Positions 34,561-43,925 of a DNA stretch of 55,682 bases are shown piece after piece. The position numbers and the translations under genes are program-made. The notes below the pieces were generated by a model. It made no database searches, was not told where the DNA came from, and saw only the letters and a list, made by a program, of their open reading frames with translations. The stretch covers positions 1 through 55,682 of the forward strand of contig JANOHI010000019.1 in NCBI GenBank assembly GCA_031406385.1, read 5' to 3'. Within the stretch, counting starts at the first letter, position 1. Each line of letters starts with the position of its first letter. Source of the DNA: Acidimicrobiia bacterium (GTDB taxonomy: Bacteria; Actinomycetota; Acidimicrobiia; Acidimicrobiales; JANYDT01).

Positions 34561-35973
34561 GTGACTGCACCTGCGAACGATCCGATCCTCGATGCCGTGA
34601 TCATCGGCGGCGGGCTCGCCGGCGTCTGCACCGCCCTCGGACTCCACGATGCCGGCCGGTCCTTCGTGCTGCTCGAGGCGAACGACCGCCTCGGCGGTCG
34701 GGTGAAGACGATCCACAGTTCCGAGTTGCCTGGCGGATCATTCGATGTCGGTGCCCGTCAGATCGGCCAGGGGTACCGACGCACGCTGGCATTGGTGGTC
34801 CGCCTCGGCCTCGAGACCATCGACGAAGCGGTGCAGCTCCTTCCGGCGGTGTACTGCATCGGAGGCGAGTTCGTCAGACCGCAGGACTGGCCCGATTCGG
34901 CCCAGAACCCCTTTCCCGAAGCCTTCCGATCAATCCCGCTCCCTCTGCAGGGCCCGTCGTTCCTCACCCGCCACGACGTCTTCACCTCACTCGACGGGTG
35001 GCGCGAGGACTCGGCGCTCGCCCTCGACGTGCCGGTGGCCGATCGTCTGCGCGCTGACGGTTACGACGCCGAGGCCGTTCGTCTGACCGAACTCTCGCTC
35101 GGCGGCGTCGTCGCCGAGCGGACATCGCTGCTCACCCTTCTCCAGGAGCACCACCGGCTGCTCGACGAGCTGCGGCTGACGAGCGGCGGCGCCATGGCCA
35201 TTGAGCAGGCGGGTCGCTCGACGCCACCGCTCGCCAGACCGGCAGTCCAGAACATCGTCGGTGGCACGTCGGCACTCATCGACGCCATGACCGCTCCGTT
35301 CCGACCGAACGTGCGGCTCGGCCATGGCGTCACCTCAATCGATCTGCGCGCGTTGTATGCCGTGATCACCTGCGCCAACGGCACCGCATTTCGGGCCCGT
35401 CGCGTCGTGAGCGCTGTCCCATTCACGGCGCTGCGCTCGGTCGAGATAGCCCCCCCATTGCCGGGCGCGCAGGGGGAGGCCGTCGCGAACATGGGGTATA
35501 CAACGAACACGCGGGTGTGGGCGCGCGTGAACCGGAAGTTCTGGGACGACGACGGGCTTCCCGCATCCACGTTCTCCGACGCCGCGTTCCGAACCGCATA
35601 CACGCTCCGCGATGCGGCAACAGACGAGCACACCGTCATGTTCATCATGTCCGGCGACGCCGCGCACGCCATCGATCGCCGCCCGTCATCGATCGCCCGC
35701 GACGTGATCGCGTCGTTCACCGACACTCGTCCCGCGGCGCAAGGCGCGCTCGATACGTTCCTCACGTCGTCGTGGGCCACCGAGTCGAACATCGGCGGAC
35801 TTCGCCACAGCTACGCGCCGGGGCAGATGCGCCGGTGGCTGAAAGACCTTGACCGTCCCTGGCAGCGACTCCACTTCGCCGGTGAACACACCCGTCGACA
35901 GGAGATGGGTATGGAAGCCGCGCTCGAGTCTGCCGAGCGAGTGATCGAGGAACTCGGCACCTTGGGCGAGTAG
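34561..35973 (+). CDS. Flavin monoamine oxidase family protein
   Basis: IIGGGLAG, LEANDRLGGR, LHFAGEHT, MEAALESA. Confidence 0.88.
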   Translation: MTAPANDPILDAVIIGGGLAGVCTALGLHDAGRSFVLLEANDRLGGRVKTIHSSELPGGSFDVGARQIGQGYRRTLALVVRLGLETIDEAVQLLPAVYCIGGEFVRPQDWPDSAQNPFPEAFRSIPLPLQGPSFLTRHDVFTSLDGWREDSALALDVPVADRLRADGYDAEAVRLTELSLGGVVAERTSLLTLLQEHHRLLDELRLTSGGAMAIEQAGRSTPPLARPAVQNIVGGTSALIDAMTAPFRPNVRLGHGVTSIDLRALYAVITCANGTAFRARRVVSAVPFTALRSVEIAPPLPGAQGEAVANMGYTTNTRVWARVNRKFWDDDGLPASTFSDAAFRTAYTLRDAATDEHTVMFIMSGDAAHAIDRRPSSIARDVIASFTDTRPAAQGALDTFLTSSWATESNIGGLRHSYAPGQMRRWLKDLDRPWQRLHFAGEHTRRQEMGMEAALESAERVIEELGTLGE

Positions 35974-35986
35974 GGACGGGCAACCG

Positions 35987-36613
35987 TCACCTTTCGAGTT
36001 GGACGTCGATCACCGAGCCATCCGCCTGCGGGAATCGGTACCCCGTCATCTGCCGCCGGCCGACGTCGATGAAGAAGCGGGCGGAACCGTCATACACCGA
36101 ACCCTCATAGGAGTAGGTCGAGACGCCGGTCGAGGTGTCGGTCGACAGGCAGCCCGCCGTGCGAGTTTCGACCGTCGGATGGAGGAGACGCTCCGGGTCG
36201 GTGAGGTGGTGGAGATCCGGAATGATGACGGTGCGACCGACCGCGCCGGCGTCGGCGACGGCAAGGATCACGGCCCCCTGGAACACCCGCAGCAGCGGGA
36301 AGAGCACCGTGCCCGGTGCCACGGCTTGCGTGTGAGCTTCACCGTCCACCGTCACCTCCAACGCTTCGCCGGCCAGCGCATAGGTGACGAGTCGCCGGGC
36401 GATCTGCCCGTCGCCGCTGTGGGTCCACAGGAGATCGAAGCGGCTGATGAGCCCGGAGAAGTCGACCGTGGCGTCGAGCTCCATACGGACCCCGCCGGCC
36501 TGCTCTCGGACGGCGTGGACCGACGCACCGTCGATCGTGAACACGTCCGTCACCCCGAGCAGGACGCCGTTGCGGCGGTACCGGTAGGTGCCGGATTCTC
36601 CTCTTGGTGACAT
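35987..36613 (-). CDS. Hypothetical protein
   Basis: Fills the gap; beta-rich, protein-like composition; no recognised motif. Confidence 0.6.
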   Translation of the reverse strand: MSPRGESGTYRYRRNGVLLGVTDVFTIDGASVHAVREQAGGVRMELDATVDFSGLISRFDLLWTHSGDGQIARRLVTYALAGEALEVTVDGEAHTQAVAPGTVLFPLLRVFQGAVILAVADAGAVGRTVIIPDLHHLTDPERLLHPTVETRTAGCLSTDTSTGVSTYSYEGSVYDGSARFFIDVGRRQMTGYRFPQADGSVIDVQLER

Positions 36614-36655
36614 CGAGACGTCACGTTATCGAGTGCTCACGCGAGACTCGGCGCC

Positions 36656-37060
36656 ATGGCCCTCGACCTCGCCGCCCTTCCCGATCGAACGCTGGCGCTG
36701 CTGGACGAGCCGGCATTCGCCGGACTCACGACCGTTCGGCCCGACGGGCGGCCCCATACTGCTGCCGTCGGCTTTGGCTGGGACCCCGCGACGCACGAAT
36801 GCTGGCTCATCCTGCGCGGCTCGGGCGTGAAGTACACGAACCTGGTTGCTGCGGGCGGTGCGCAGAGCGTGACGCTCTGCCAGCACGGCAGCGGCGGCCG
36901 ATGGATCTCGTTCGAAGGCGTGCTGCGCCTCGTGCCGGGGCCGGATTCCTTGGCCGAGACGCTGCGCCGCTACCGGTTGCGCTACGGCGCCCAGATCGGT
37001 GACGACCCGACCCGGGTCTGTGCTGTGCTCGCCGTGGACCGGGCCATCGGCACCGGTTGA
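36656..37060 (+). CDS. Pyridoxamine 5'-phosphate oxidase-like (PPOX class, possibly F420-binding) protein
   Basis: LTTVRPDGRPHTAAVGF, KYTNL, RWISFEG. Confidence 0.82.
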   Translation: MALDLAALPDRTLALLDEPAFAGLTTVRPDGRPHTAAVGFGWDPATHECWLILRGSGVKYTNLVAAGGAQSVTLCQHGSGGRWISFEGVLRLVPGPDSLAETLRRYRLRYGAQIGDDPTRVCAVLAVDRAIGTG

Positions 37061-37255
37061 GAGTCGCTGTTCTTCGACGATCACACGCCGGGCATTGCGG
37101 TCGCTTGCCGAGCCGGTTCCGAAACGGCCGCGCCAACCCGTAGTGCACTGAGTCGGAAGTTTCTGTTCCATCGATCCTTCCGACGGCGCCCGGCTGACAA
37201 CGAATCAGAGCAATTCCATGTCACAGGAACTTCTGTGAAGATGCGCTGGTGCCCG

Positions 37256-38170
37256 TCAGCCGGCGGCGCGCTTGCGTGGATCGGCCGGTGCCGCCCTTGC
37301 GTCGAGCACCGCGTCACCGATCCGCCCGAGCGTGGCGACGAGATCGCCCAGACCGCCCCCGATCGCCCCGACCAGGCGCGCCTGGCCGAGGTCGGTCGCC
37401 GACTCGATGGCATCGCGCGCCGAGCGTCCCGCAGGAGTGAGGACCCCGCCGTCGGCCATCCAGCCCCGGGCGGTCAGCCGTTCGACGGCCGACGCCAGCG
37501 CGGCGGCGTCGAAGCCACGGGTGGAGGAGTACTCGCCGACGGAGTAGCCGAGCCAGACCTCGGTGAGCACGTTCATCTCAGCCATGTCGAGCCCAGCCGC
37601 CGCGCACGCCGCGAGATGGGTGTCGCCGCGATGCTCCCGGACAAGCTCTGCGGCCCGCCACAGCCGACCGTAGGGGTCGTCCGGTACGGGAAGCGCCTGC
37701 AGCGCGCCGAAGAGATGACGCGGCCCTGGCTCGAGGGTCGACACCGCGGCGAGCAGCGCCGCACCCGCAGTAGCTATCACGTTCTCGTCGCTTCCTGAGG
37801 TGGCGTGGCGCAGGCCTGCCGCTGCGCCGGACGAACGGCTGGCCAGCACGTCAGCACGCAAGGACAGGCTCCGGCCGTGTTCGTAGACCGGACCGAGCAG
37901 CGCGCCATTGAACACCCCGAAGGCCGAGATCACCACGGACGGCGCAACGTCGGCCCCCAGGGCGGCCGCCCGTCCCCACACGTACCCGTCGAAGAAGTCG
38001 TGGCCGAGCGCGAGCGCCGCCTCGGCTGCGGCTCGCGACCACCAGCCGATCGTTGCAATCGGTTCGACGGCGTCGCGCAGCCGTCGTGCCGGTGAGGTGG
38101 ACGGTAGGACGGCGGGCGGCTCGTTCCCGGTCGGGATGAGGAAGATCCCAGCAATCACGTCGTAGTCCAT
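37256..38170 (-). CDS. Conserved actinobacterial protein (SCO6745-like), second paralog
   Basis: RRLRDAVEPI, YVWGRAAALG, VREHRGDTH. Confidence 0.78.
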   Translation of the reverse strand: MDYDVIAGIFLIPTGNEPPAVLPSTSPARRLRDAVEPIATIGWWSRAAAEAALALGHDFFDGYVWGRAAALGADVAPSVVISAFGVFNGALLGPVYEHGRSLSLRADVLASRSSGAAAGLRHATSGSDENVIATAGAALLAAVSTLEPGPRHLFGALQALPVPDDPYGRLWRAAELVREHRGDTHLAACAAAGLDMAEMNVLTEVWLGYSVGEYSSTRGFDAAALASAVERLTARGWMADGGVLTPAGRSARDAIESATDLGQARLVGAIGGGLGDLVATLGRIGDAVLDARAAPADPRKRAAG

Positions 38171-38228
38171 CTGCCCATCTTGGCCGGTCCGGCCACCGGT
38201 GACGCCCTTCTCGGCCATGATCGAGGGC

Positions 38229-39428
38229 GTGAAGATCACTGCGGTCGAAACGTTCGTCGTTGGTAATCCGCCCCCGCGCTTCGGAGGGCGCTACTGGATC
38301 TTCCTCAAGCTCACGACGGACAGCGGCGTGACCGGCGTCGGCGAGGTCTACGCCGCCACGTTCTCACCCGCCGTCGTCGCCGACATGATCGTCGACGTCG
38401 CCGATCGTCATCTGATCGGCCACGACCCGTTCCGGATCGAAACGATGTGGCGAAGCGTCTACGGCCGCGGCTACACAATGCGGCCCGATCTCAGCCTGGT
38501 CAGCGTGCTGAGCGGCTTGGAGATGGCGTGCTGGGACATCATCGGCAAGGAGTGCAACAAGCCGGTCTACGAACTGCTCGGCGGGAAGGTGCACGAGAAG
38601 CTTCGTACGTACACTTACCTTTACCCGCCGCCCGGCGTCGACGCCCATCATGACGACCCGGTGTACTCCGACCCCGACGTGTGCGCCGCGGCCGCCGTCC
38701 GCGCCATGGAGCTGGGCTTCACCGCAGTCAAGTTCGACCCGGTCGGAGGCTACGGCGTGTTCGACCCGCGGCAGCCTTCCCTCGAAGCGATGGACCGGTC
38801 CGAAGCCATGGTCGGCGCCGTTCGACGTGCGGTCGGACCAAAGGTAGACATCCTCTTCGGCACCCACGGCCAGTTCACCGCGACCGGAGCGATTCGGCTC
38901 GCCCGGCGCCTCGAGCGCTACGACCCGCTGTGGTTCGAGGAGCCGACGCCACCGGAGATGCCCGAGGAGATGGCCAAGGTGGCCCGACAAACGACGATTC
39001 CGATCTCGACCGGTGAACGGCTCACCACGAAGTATGAGTTCGCCCGCGTCCTGCAGACCGGCGCCGCATCGATCCTCCAACTCAACCTTGCTCGCTGCGG
39101 GGGATTGCTCGAAGGCAAGAAGATCGCGTCGATGGCCGAAACCCACTACGCCCAGATCGCGCCGCATCTCTACAACGGACCGATCGGCGGTGCCGCGAAC
39201 ATGCAACTCAGCGCATGCTCGCCGAACTTCTTGATCCTCGAAAGCATCCAGGACTGGACCGGCTTTCACGCCGAGATCCTGCACCGACCCGTGCAGTGGG
39301 AGAACGGCTACGTCATCCCGTCGCCGGAGCCCGGCCTCGGCGTCGAACTCAACGAGGACGTCGCACGAGCGCACCCGTACCTCGGCGACGAACTCATGCT
39401 CGAGCCGGCACCCCGACCGCTGGGCTGA
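38229..39428 (+). CDS. Mandelate racemase/muconate lactonizing enzyme family protein (enolase superfamily)
   Basis: GLEMACWDIIGK, PVYELLGG, KFDP, WFEEP, TGERL, APH, PGLG; start 38217 or 38229. Confidence 0.9.
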   Translation: MKITAVETFVVGNPPPRFGGRYWIFLKLTTDSGVTGVGEVYAATFSPAVVADMIVDVADRHLIGHDPFRIETMWRSVYGRGYTMRPDLSLVSVLSGLEMACWDIIGKECNKPVYELLGGKVHEKLRTYTYLYPPPGVDAHHDDPVYSDPDVCAAAAVRAMELGFTAVKFDPVGGYGVFDPRQPSLEAMDRSEAMVGAVRRAVGPKVDILFGTHGQFTATGAIRLARRLERYDPLWFEEPTPPEMPEEMAKVARQTTIPISTGERLTTKYEFARVLQTGAASILQLNLARCGGLLEGKKIASMAETHYAQIAPHLYNGPIGGAANMQLSACSPNFLILESIQDWTGFHAEILHRPVQWENGYVIPSPEPGLGVELNEDVARAHPYLGDELMLEPAPRPLG

Positions 39429-39461
39429 GGAACTTTGGGAGTTGTCGCTGGCGCCTGTGGG

Positions 39462-41099
39462 CTAGCGGAGCTCGATCAGGTCGAGCATCTTCTCGTCGTA
39501 GTGCAAAAGCGCGCCCTCAGGCATCATCAACACGCCGTTCGGCGCCAACTGGGTGACGAACTCGGTGTCGTGGCTGACGAGAATGATCGTGCCGGTGTAG
39601 TTCTGCAGCGCGGCCAGGACCGCTTCACGCGACGGCGGATCGAGGTTGTTCGTCGGCTCGTCGAGCAGCAGCACGTTGCTCCGCCCGATCATCAGCCGAG
39701 CCAGGGAGAGCTTCGTCTTCTCGCCCCCCGACAGCGTCTCCGCGTCCTGGTCAGCAACATCACCGACGAGACCGAAGTGTCCGAGCAGGGCGCGAAGGAT
39801 CGGATCGGGAACCGCCGGCCCCACCTCGCGCAACAGCGCCAGCACGCTTCGACCACCGCGCAGGTCCTCGTGTTCCTGGGCGTAGAAACCGAGCTTGACG
39901 TTGGCGCCGAGGACGATCTCGCCGGCGTCCTTCTCATAGACCCCGGCAATCGTGCGCAACAGCGTGGTCTTGCCGGCGCCGTTGAGACCGAGCACGAGGA
40001 ATCGGTCGCCGCGCGAAACGGTGAAGTTGACCTCGCTGAAGATCACCGTGTCGTCGAACGCCTTTGCCAGGTTCTCCACACGAAGGGCCATGTCACCGGC
40101 GCGAACGGGCTCAGGGAAGCGGACCTTCATCTTGCGGCGCTTGACGACCATCGCGTCGGACGGCCGCCCTTTGTTCATCTGTTCGATCCGCTTGAGCAGG
40201 GCGTTGCGCTTCTGCACGTGGGTGGCGTTCGCTCCACGGAACTTGTCGATCGTCTTCTCGAGACGGGTCACTTCCTTGTCGAAGTTCGCCTGCTCCCGAT
40301 CCCGCTGGGACTCTCGTTCCTCACGCTGGGCAAGGAACTGCGTGTACGTACCTTTGTATTCATCGATGCGGGCGTTCTCCAGCGCAATCACCCGATCGAT
40401 GGCGGAGTCCATCAGCTCGATGTCGTGACTGACCACCAGGATCGTGGACTTGGACGTCTTCAGGAACTCCATGACCCAGTTCTTGGCGTCGACGTCGAGA
40501 TGGTTCGTCGGCTCGTCGAGTACCAGCAGGTCGCCGCCTGCGAGGAGGAGGCGGGCCAGTTCGAGCCGACGCCGCTGACCGCCCGAGAGCATGCCGACGT
40601 CGCGGAGGAGCGCGTCCTCGTCGAGGCCGACGCCGGCGGCCATGCGCTCAGCATCGGACTCGAGTTGATAGCCGCCGAGCGTCCGAAACCGCTCTTCGAG
40701 GTTCGTGAACTTCCGAACGGCCTTGTCAAGCACGTCGTCCGCACCGTCGATGCCCGCACCCATGTCGATGCCGGCCTTCTCGATCCGCTGCTGCCAATCC
40801 TCCATCTGCACCTGCATCTGACGCAGCGGTGACCCGTCGAGCAGGTGGTCGAAGACCAACTTGCCGGCATCCTCGGGTCGCGCCGAAACATCCTGTCGGA
40901 GCCAGCCGCGGTGTTCAGGGAGCGTGATTGTTCCTGCGTTGGGCTTGCGTTCACCGGCGATCGTGCGAAGCATCGTGGTCTTGCCGGCGCCGTTCGGCCC
41001 GACCAGCGCGACCTTCTCGCCCGCACCGAGGCGGAACGATGCCCCGTTGAGCAGGACCCGGTGACCCAGGTCGATGCGAAGGTTGGTGACCTCAAGCAT
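39462..41099 (-). CDS. ABC-F family ATPase
   Basis: Two NBDs (GPNGAGKT/LSGGQ/LDEPTNHLD; GLNGAGKT/LSGGE/LDEPTNNLD), no TM segments. Confidence 0.92.
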   Translation of the reverse strand: MLEVTNLRIDLGHRVLLNGASFRLGAGEKVALVGPNGAGKTTMLRTIAGERKPNAGTITLPEHRGWLRQDVSARPEDAGKLVFDHLLDGSPLRQMQVQMEDWQQRIEKAGIDMGAGIDGADDVLDKAVRKFTNLEERFRTLGGYQLESDAERMAAGVGLDEDALLRDVGMLSGGQRRRLELARLLLAGGDLLVLDEPTNHLDVDAKNWVMEFLKTSKSTILVVSHDIELMDSAIDRVIALENARIDEYKGTYTQFLAQREERESQRDREQANFDKEVTRLEKTIDKFRGANATHVQKRNALLKRIEQMNKGRPSDAMVVKRRKMKVRFPEPVRAGDMALRVENLAKAFDDTVIFSEVNFTVSRGDRFLVLGLNGAGKTTLLRTIAGVYEKDAGEIVLGANVKLGFYAQEHEDLRGGRSVLALLREVGPAVPDPILRALLGHFGLVGDVADQDAETLSGGEKTKLSLARLMIGRSNVLLLDEPTNNLDPPSREAVLAALQNYTGTIILVSHDTEFVTQLAPNGVLMMPEGALLHYDEKMLDLIELR

Positions 41100-41289
41100 G
41101 GCGACAGGGGATCCGGTCGGTCGTGAGCATGGGGGTGGTGGTGGCGACCGGAAGCACAGCCCGTCAAGGTTACGGGGTCGTGGCCGTGCGACCGCGCACA
41201 CCGGCCACGATGTGCCCGACGTCGCTCGCCGCCGCGAAGCCGACCACACTGGTGATCATGGTTTCGTCGTCGTCGCTGCGGGTCCGGTA

Positions 41290-41730
41290 GTGCGACGGTC
41301 CACGCTCTTCAACATCGATGCGCTCTTCGAGTTGATCGTCGGGTTCATTCTCCTCTTCAACCCGTTGGTGGGTCCGGTGCTCCCAGCGCCGGGCTGGCTG
41401 GTCGCGACGGCCGGCGTTGGCCTGTTGGCCGCGGCGTGCGTCATCGGCCGGGCCGGGATGGGCAAAGGCCGACTGGTTCCGCGGATCCGCACATTTGGAG
41501 CGGTGAACGTCGGAACCGGGGTTATTGCGGCCGTGTGGGCTCTGGCGGCATGCGACGCGGGAGGACGCATCCTCGTGTGCGTCATCGCCGCCGGCCTCGT
41601 CGCCGTTGGTGCCGCCCAGTTCGCCGCGGGGGGCACGGTCGAGGCGCCCGGCCGCGTCGGTCGGGCCAACACCACCAGGGCAACGGCCGAAGAGCTCTCC
41701 CGAGCGCTGCACCAGAAGTCGGCCGAGTGA
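41290..41730 (+). CDS. Membrane protein (about 4 TM)
   Basis: Four hydrophobic segments; start uncertain. Confidence 0.65.
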   Translation: MRRSTLFNIDALFELIVGFILLFNPLVGPVLPAPGWLVATAGVGLLAAACVIGRAGMGKGRLVPRIRTFGAVNVGTGVIAAVWALAACDAGGRILVCVIAAGLVAVGAAQFAAGGTVEAPGRVGRANTTRATAEELSRALHQKSAE

Positions 41731-41821
41731 ACCGGCGTCGAGACCGCCGCACCCGCCCACGTGCCGCGCTTCACAGTGCATCTTCAAACATATCGAGCGA
41801 CCAGCCCTAACCTGGACTTTT

Positions 41822-42547
41822 GTGTCCACCGGTCCGTCCCCCAGCCCCACGATTGACCTCTCCGAGGGTCTGCCGACGGGTGACGCCAAGACCAAGGCCG
41901 TGCGCGACATGTTCGACACAATCAGCCCGCGCTACGACCTGGTAAACCGCGTGATGACGTTTCGGCTCGACGTTGCCTGGCGCCGTCGCACTATCGATTC
42001 CCTCGGCCTGCCCGCCGGCTCACGCATCCTCGACCTTGCCGCCGGCACCGGTGACTTCTGCCGCGACCTCTCCGCCCGCGGGTTCGAGGCCATCGGCATG
42101 GATCTCTCGTTCGGGATGCTGAGCCACGCCCGCACGACCAGCCCTCTCGTGCAATGCGATGCGCTGCATCTACCCGTGCCGACCGGCGCCGTCGACGGCG
42201 TCACCTGCGGCTTCGCGCTCCGCAACTTCACCGACCTGGAGGCGTTTTTCGACGAGGTCGGACGCGTTGTCCGACCGGGCGGACGGATCGCCTTCCTCGA
42301 TGCGGCATCTCCGGAGAATCCCGTGCTGCGATTTGGTCACGGCATCTACTTCGGACGCGTCGTGCCGATGATCGGAAGCGCCCTGAGCGATCGCACCGCC
42401 TACCACTACCTCCCGAAATCGCTCGCCTACCTGCCCGACCCACCGGTCATGCTCGATCGCCTCCGCGCCGCCGGGTTCTCTGGCGTGCAGCGTCGGCTCC
42501 TGCTCGGCGGCGCCGCGCAACTCATCGTCGGGACTCGCCAGGGATGA
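41822..42547 (+). CDS. menG: Demethylmenaquinone methyltransferase (UbiE/MenG)
   Basis: MFDTISPRYDLVNRVMT, LDLAAGTGD, GFALRNF, YHYLPKS. Confidence 0.88.
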   Translation: MSTGPSPSPTIDLSEGLPTGDAKTKAVRDMFDTISPRYDLVNRVMTFRLDVAWRRRTIDSLGLPAGSRILDLAAGTGDFCRDLSARGFEAIGMDLSFGMLSHARTTSPLVQCDALHLPVPTGAVDGVTCGFALRNFTDLEAFFDEVGRVVRPGGRIAFLDAASPENPVLRFGHGIYFGRVVPMIGSALSDRTAYHYLPKSLAYLPDPPVMLDRLRAAGFSGVQRRLLLGGAAQLIVGTRQG

Positions 42548-43920
42548 ACGCCGAGCAGCGATCCACCCAAGTCAACGACGCCAACGGTGAAGTGAACGCC
42601 GCGCCGATCATACGCGGGCATACGGTTGCCAACCCACAAGACGCCACAGCGTGGTCGGCATCGACCCGACCGCTCCCCGAGGAGATCGCCAAGGAACTCG
42701 ATCTTCTCGCGTTTGCCGGCGACTGCGGGATGCTCTTCATGCGTGATGGCGTCGGACTCGCGGCTCGGGGAACGGCGTTCCACATCCCGGTTCCGGGTGG
42801 CACGGCCGCGGTCGGCCACGTGCGCACCATCCTGAGTGCACTTGTCACCGACGACCCGATGCACCGCGCCGCGTCTGGACCCGTGGCGATCGGGGCACTG
42901 GAGTTCCTCCCCCACGACCCGGGATACCTCACGGTGCCCGAACTCCTGGTCGCCAAATCGAGCGACGGCACTGCCTGGGTCACCCGGGTGTACCGCTCCG
43001 ACGACGACTCCAATCGTCCACCGGCGTCCACCCCGCTCGATGCATCGGAGTTGGTCGGCCCGACGAGCAGCGGATGGTCGCCCCATGGCTTCGATCTTCA
43101 CTCCACCGTCACCCATCAGCAGTGGTGTGAACGGATTGCCACTGCGGTGGCCACCATCAACGAGGGGTCGCTCGAGAAAGTCGTGCTGGCCCGAGCTGTA
43201 GACGTCGAAGCGACCGAACCGCTGATCATCGGCGAGATCCTCGGCCGGCTCCGGGCGCTCTTCCCCAGCTGCATGGTGTTTCACGTCGACGGCTTCCTCG
43301 GCGCCAGCCCAGAGTTGCTGGTGAGCCGCAAGGGGTCGGCGGTTCGTGCCCATCCGCTCGCTGGAACGATCGCCCGATCCGGCGATCCGGAGACCGACGC
43401 CCGCCTGGCCGCAAGCCTGCTTGCGTCGACCAAGGACCGTTGGGAGCACTCCCTGGTCATCGACGCCATGGCGGCGCTGCTTCGTCCGTTGTGCGACGAG
43501 CTCGACGTGCCCCGCACGCCGACCGTCCTCTCGTTGCGCAACGTGTCCCACCTTGCCACCCTCATCACCGGCTCGTTGCGCGCCGAGAACGTCCACGACC
43601 GCAGCTCGCCAACGGCGCTCGAACTGGCCGGACTCCTCCATCCCACGCCGGCGGTCGGTGGCGTACCGCTCGACCTCGCGCTCGCCACGATCAGCGAGCT
43701 CGAACCGGTCCCGCGCGGCCGCTACGCCGGGCCGGTCGGCTGGGTCGACGCCGCCGGCAACGGTGAGTGGGCCGTCGGATTGCGCTCTGCCCAAGTCAGC
43801 GGCAATCGTGCTCGGATGCACGCCGGCGGCGGCATCGTCGCCGACTCCGACCCGGTGGCCGAGCTCACGGAAACGCAGCTGAAGCTCCAGGCGCTGCTCG
43901 CCGCCGTCGTGCGCCCGTAA
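42544..43920 (+). CDS. menF: Isochorismate synthase
   Basis: KVVLAR, GASPELL, LAGT, KDRWEH, LHPTPAVGG, RGRYAG, AGGGIV, ETQLK. Confidence 0.9.
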   Translation: MNAEQRSTQVNDANGEVNAAPIIRGHTVANPQDATAWSASTRPLPEEIAKELDLLAFAGDCGMLFMRDGVGLAARGTAFHIPVPGGTAAVGHVRTILSALVTDDPMHRAASGPVAIGALEFLPHDPGYLTVPELLVAKSSDGTAWVTRVYRSDDDSNRPPASTPLDASELVGPTSSGWSPHGFDLHSTVTHQQWCERIATAVATINEGSLEKVVLARAVDVEATEPLIIGEILGRLRALFPSCMVFHVDGFLGASPELLVSRKGSAVRAHPLAGTIARSGDPETDARLAASLLASTKDRWEHSLVIDAMAALLRPLCDELDVPRTPTVLSLRNVSHLATLITGSLRAENVHDRSSPTALELAGLLHPTPAVGGVPLDLALATISELEPVPRGRYAGPVGWVDAAGNGEWAVGLRSAQVSGNRARMHAGGGIVADSDPVAELTETQLKLQALLAAVVRP

Positions 43921-43925
43921 CGAGC

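Noticed and set aside
37061-37255. Hairpins gtcggaag/cttccgac and tcacag/ctgtga
   Set aside because: Short; plausibly ordinary terminators between convergent genes; no other copies seen.
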